From Candidatus Moraniibacteriota bacterium (GTDB taxonomy: Bacteria > Patescibacteriota > Minisyncoccia > Moranbacterales > UBA1568): a stretch of DNA of 35,906 nt. Positions 35,270 through 35,906 of this stretch are shown piece after piece; the stretch's first letter is position 1, and the number at the start of each line of letters is the position of its first letter. The position numbers were made by a program, and so were the translations under genes. The notes under the pieces are model-generated. The model saw only the letters and a list, made by a program, of their open reading frames with translations, was not told where the DNA came from and searched no databases. Location: assembly GCA_038208355.1 (NCBI GenBank), contig JBBQYU010000003.1:1-35906 (forward strand). The letters run 5' to 3'.

Positions 35270-35387
35270 CCAGGCGATGGGCTTCGAAGGTCACTTTGAC
35301 GTCTTTCTTGAGCGTGACCAACCCGGTGCGCCGCTTGCTGGGCTGCGGGTCATTTTGTGGGTCATTCTCCGGCGCTTTGATAATCAT
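35205..35387 (-). CDS. 60-aa Lys-rich small protein (apparent integration target)
   Basis: ATG-started ORF directly downstream of the preceding gene; basic C-terminus; no family recognised. Confidence 0.6.
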   Translation of the reverse strand: MIIKAPENDPQNDPQPSKRRTGLVTLKKDVKVTFEAHRLEGKVKNQGIKNLGHQKKKAKA

Positions 35388-35426
35388 AAGAGTAAAGGTT
35401 ACAAAATATCTTTTGTGCGTGTCGGG

Positions 35427-35906
35427 CTATTTCACAATCGAAGTCGGTGTCTGGGCTGGATAATTCGGCACCAAGAGTTGAGCTGTCACCGTATCACAGC
35501 TTTTCCCGGCGCCATGTTCGTACCACAACGTTCCTTCACCATATATATTTATGTTGGCAGTCTGATCAGAAGCCAGGTCAAAGGCCGCACACAACTCGAA
35601 CTCGCCCACTCGCCCCGCACCCTCAACCCGCGATGGAGTCACTACACGGTAGTCATAGGCCAGCCCGGTCGCTGGGTCATTGGCCTGCGCTATACAGTAG
35701 CTATACTGGCTCGACTGACGTAGGTCATCCAAAGAATTTGGTAACGCTCCCAAGCTCTGTGCGTACTGCTTGACACAGTCGGCAACTGTACTCAGATTGT
35801 CTGCTCGGGTCTGATCCAAAGTCCGGCTCCGCTGTGTCGCAGGTGAGCCGCTGACAAAAAAACCAAAGATAATCCCGAGGACCACCAAAGCCGTCATCCC
35901 GCGTCC
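35427..35906 (-). CDS. C-terminal part of a membrane protein with a pseudopilin-G-like domain (DUF5671-like), 5' end outside the window
   Basis: TM then GSP..QR...D..R..NL, LP.SL.DL, DP.TG..Y.Y, FELCA.F. Confidence 0.7.
   Translation of the reverse strand, partial: GRGMTALVVLGIIFGFFVSGSPATQRSRTLDQTRADNLSTVADCVKQYAQSLGALPNSLDDLRQSSQYSYCIAQANDPATGLAYDYRVVTPSRVEGAGRVGEFELCAAFDLASDQTANINIYGEGTLWYEHGAGKSCDTVTAQLLVPNYPAQTPTSIVK

Noticed and set aside
420-35773. Numerous long antisense ORFs (e.g. 2490-3350, 5108-5935, 10844-11527, 21325-22008, 31297-31911, 35196-35723)
   Set aside because: They are shadows of well-supported opposite-strand genes and have no motifs of their own.

Overview
A gene-dense window, almost all on the minus strand, that looks like a Patescibacteria (CPR)-type genome. 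That assignment is inferred from the pilM/N/O-pilX-prepilin-pilC cluster, the TRAM-less MiaB, the short UvrC and the DUF5671-like protein. The backbone encodes bcp, rarA, xth, miaB, rlmN, a type IV pilus cluster, uvrA/uvrC, a cold-shock protein, a rhodanese fusion, a GT4 trehalose phosphorylase-like enzyme, a receiver protein, YggU, a metallophosphoesterase, a cupin, a GIY-YIG nuclease, an MFS transporter, TspO and nucleotidyltransferases. The most interesting element is a 3.1 kb segment (32078-35174) bracketed by a 95-bp direct repeat that duplicates the 3' end of a small gene. It carries a Cys-rich double-Gly precursor peptide, an RRE-radical SAM-SPASM maturase and an HExxH metallopeptidase-like gene, making it a candidate RiPP (ranthipeptide-like) island with no integrase. 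Other observations: a fungal-type trehalose phosphorylase, an unannotated AbrB-type regulator with tandem GTTACGTAAC operators around tspO, two long multibranched hairpin elements, and many orphan genes, most with their own sigma70-like promoter, SD and terminator. No tRNA, rRNA, CRISPR array, integrase or transposase was seen. All calls come from motif recognition by eye; no database search was run.
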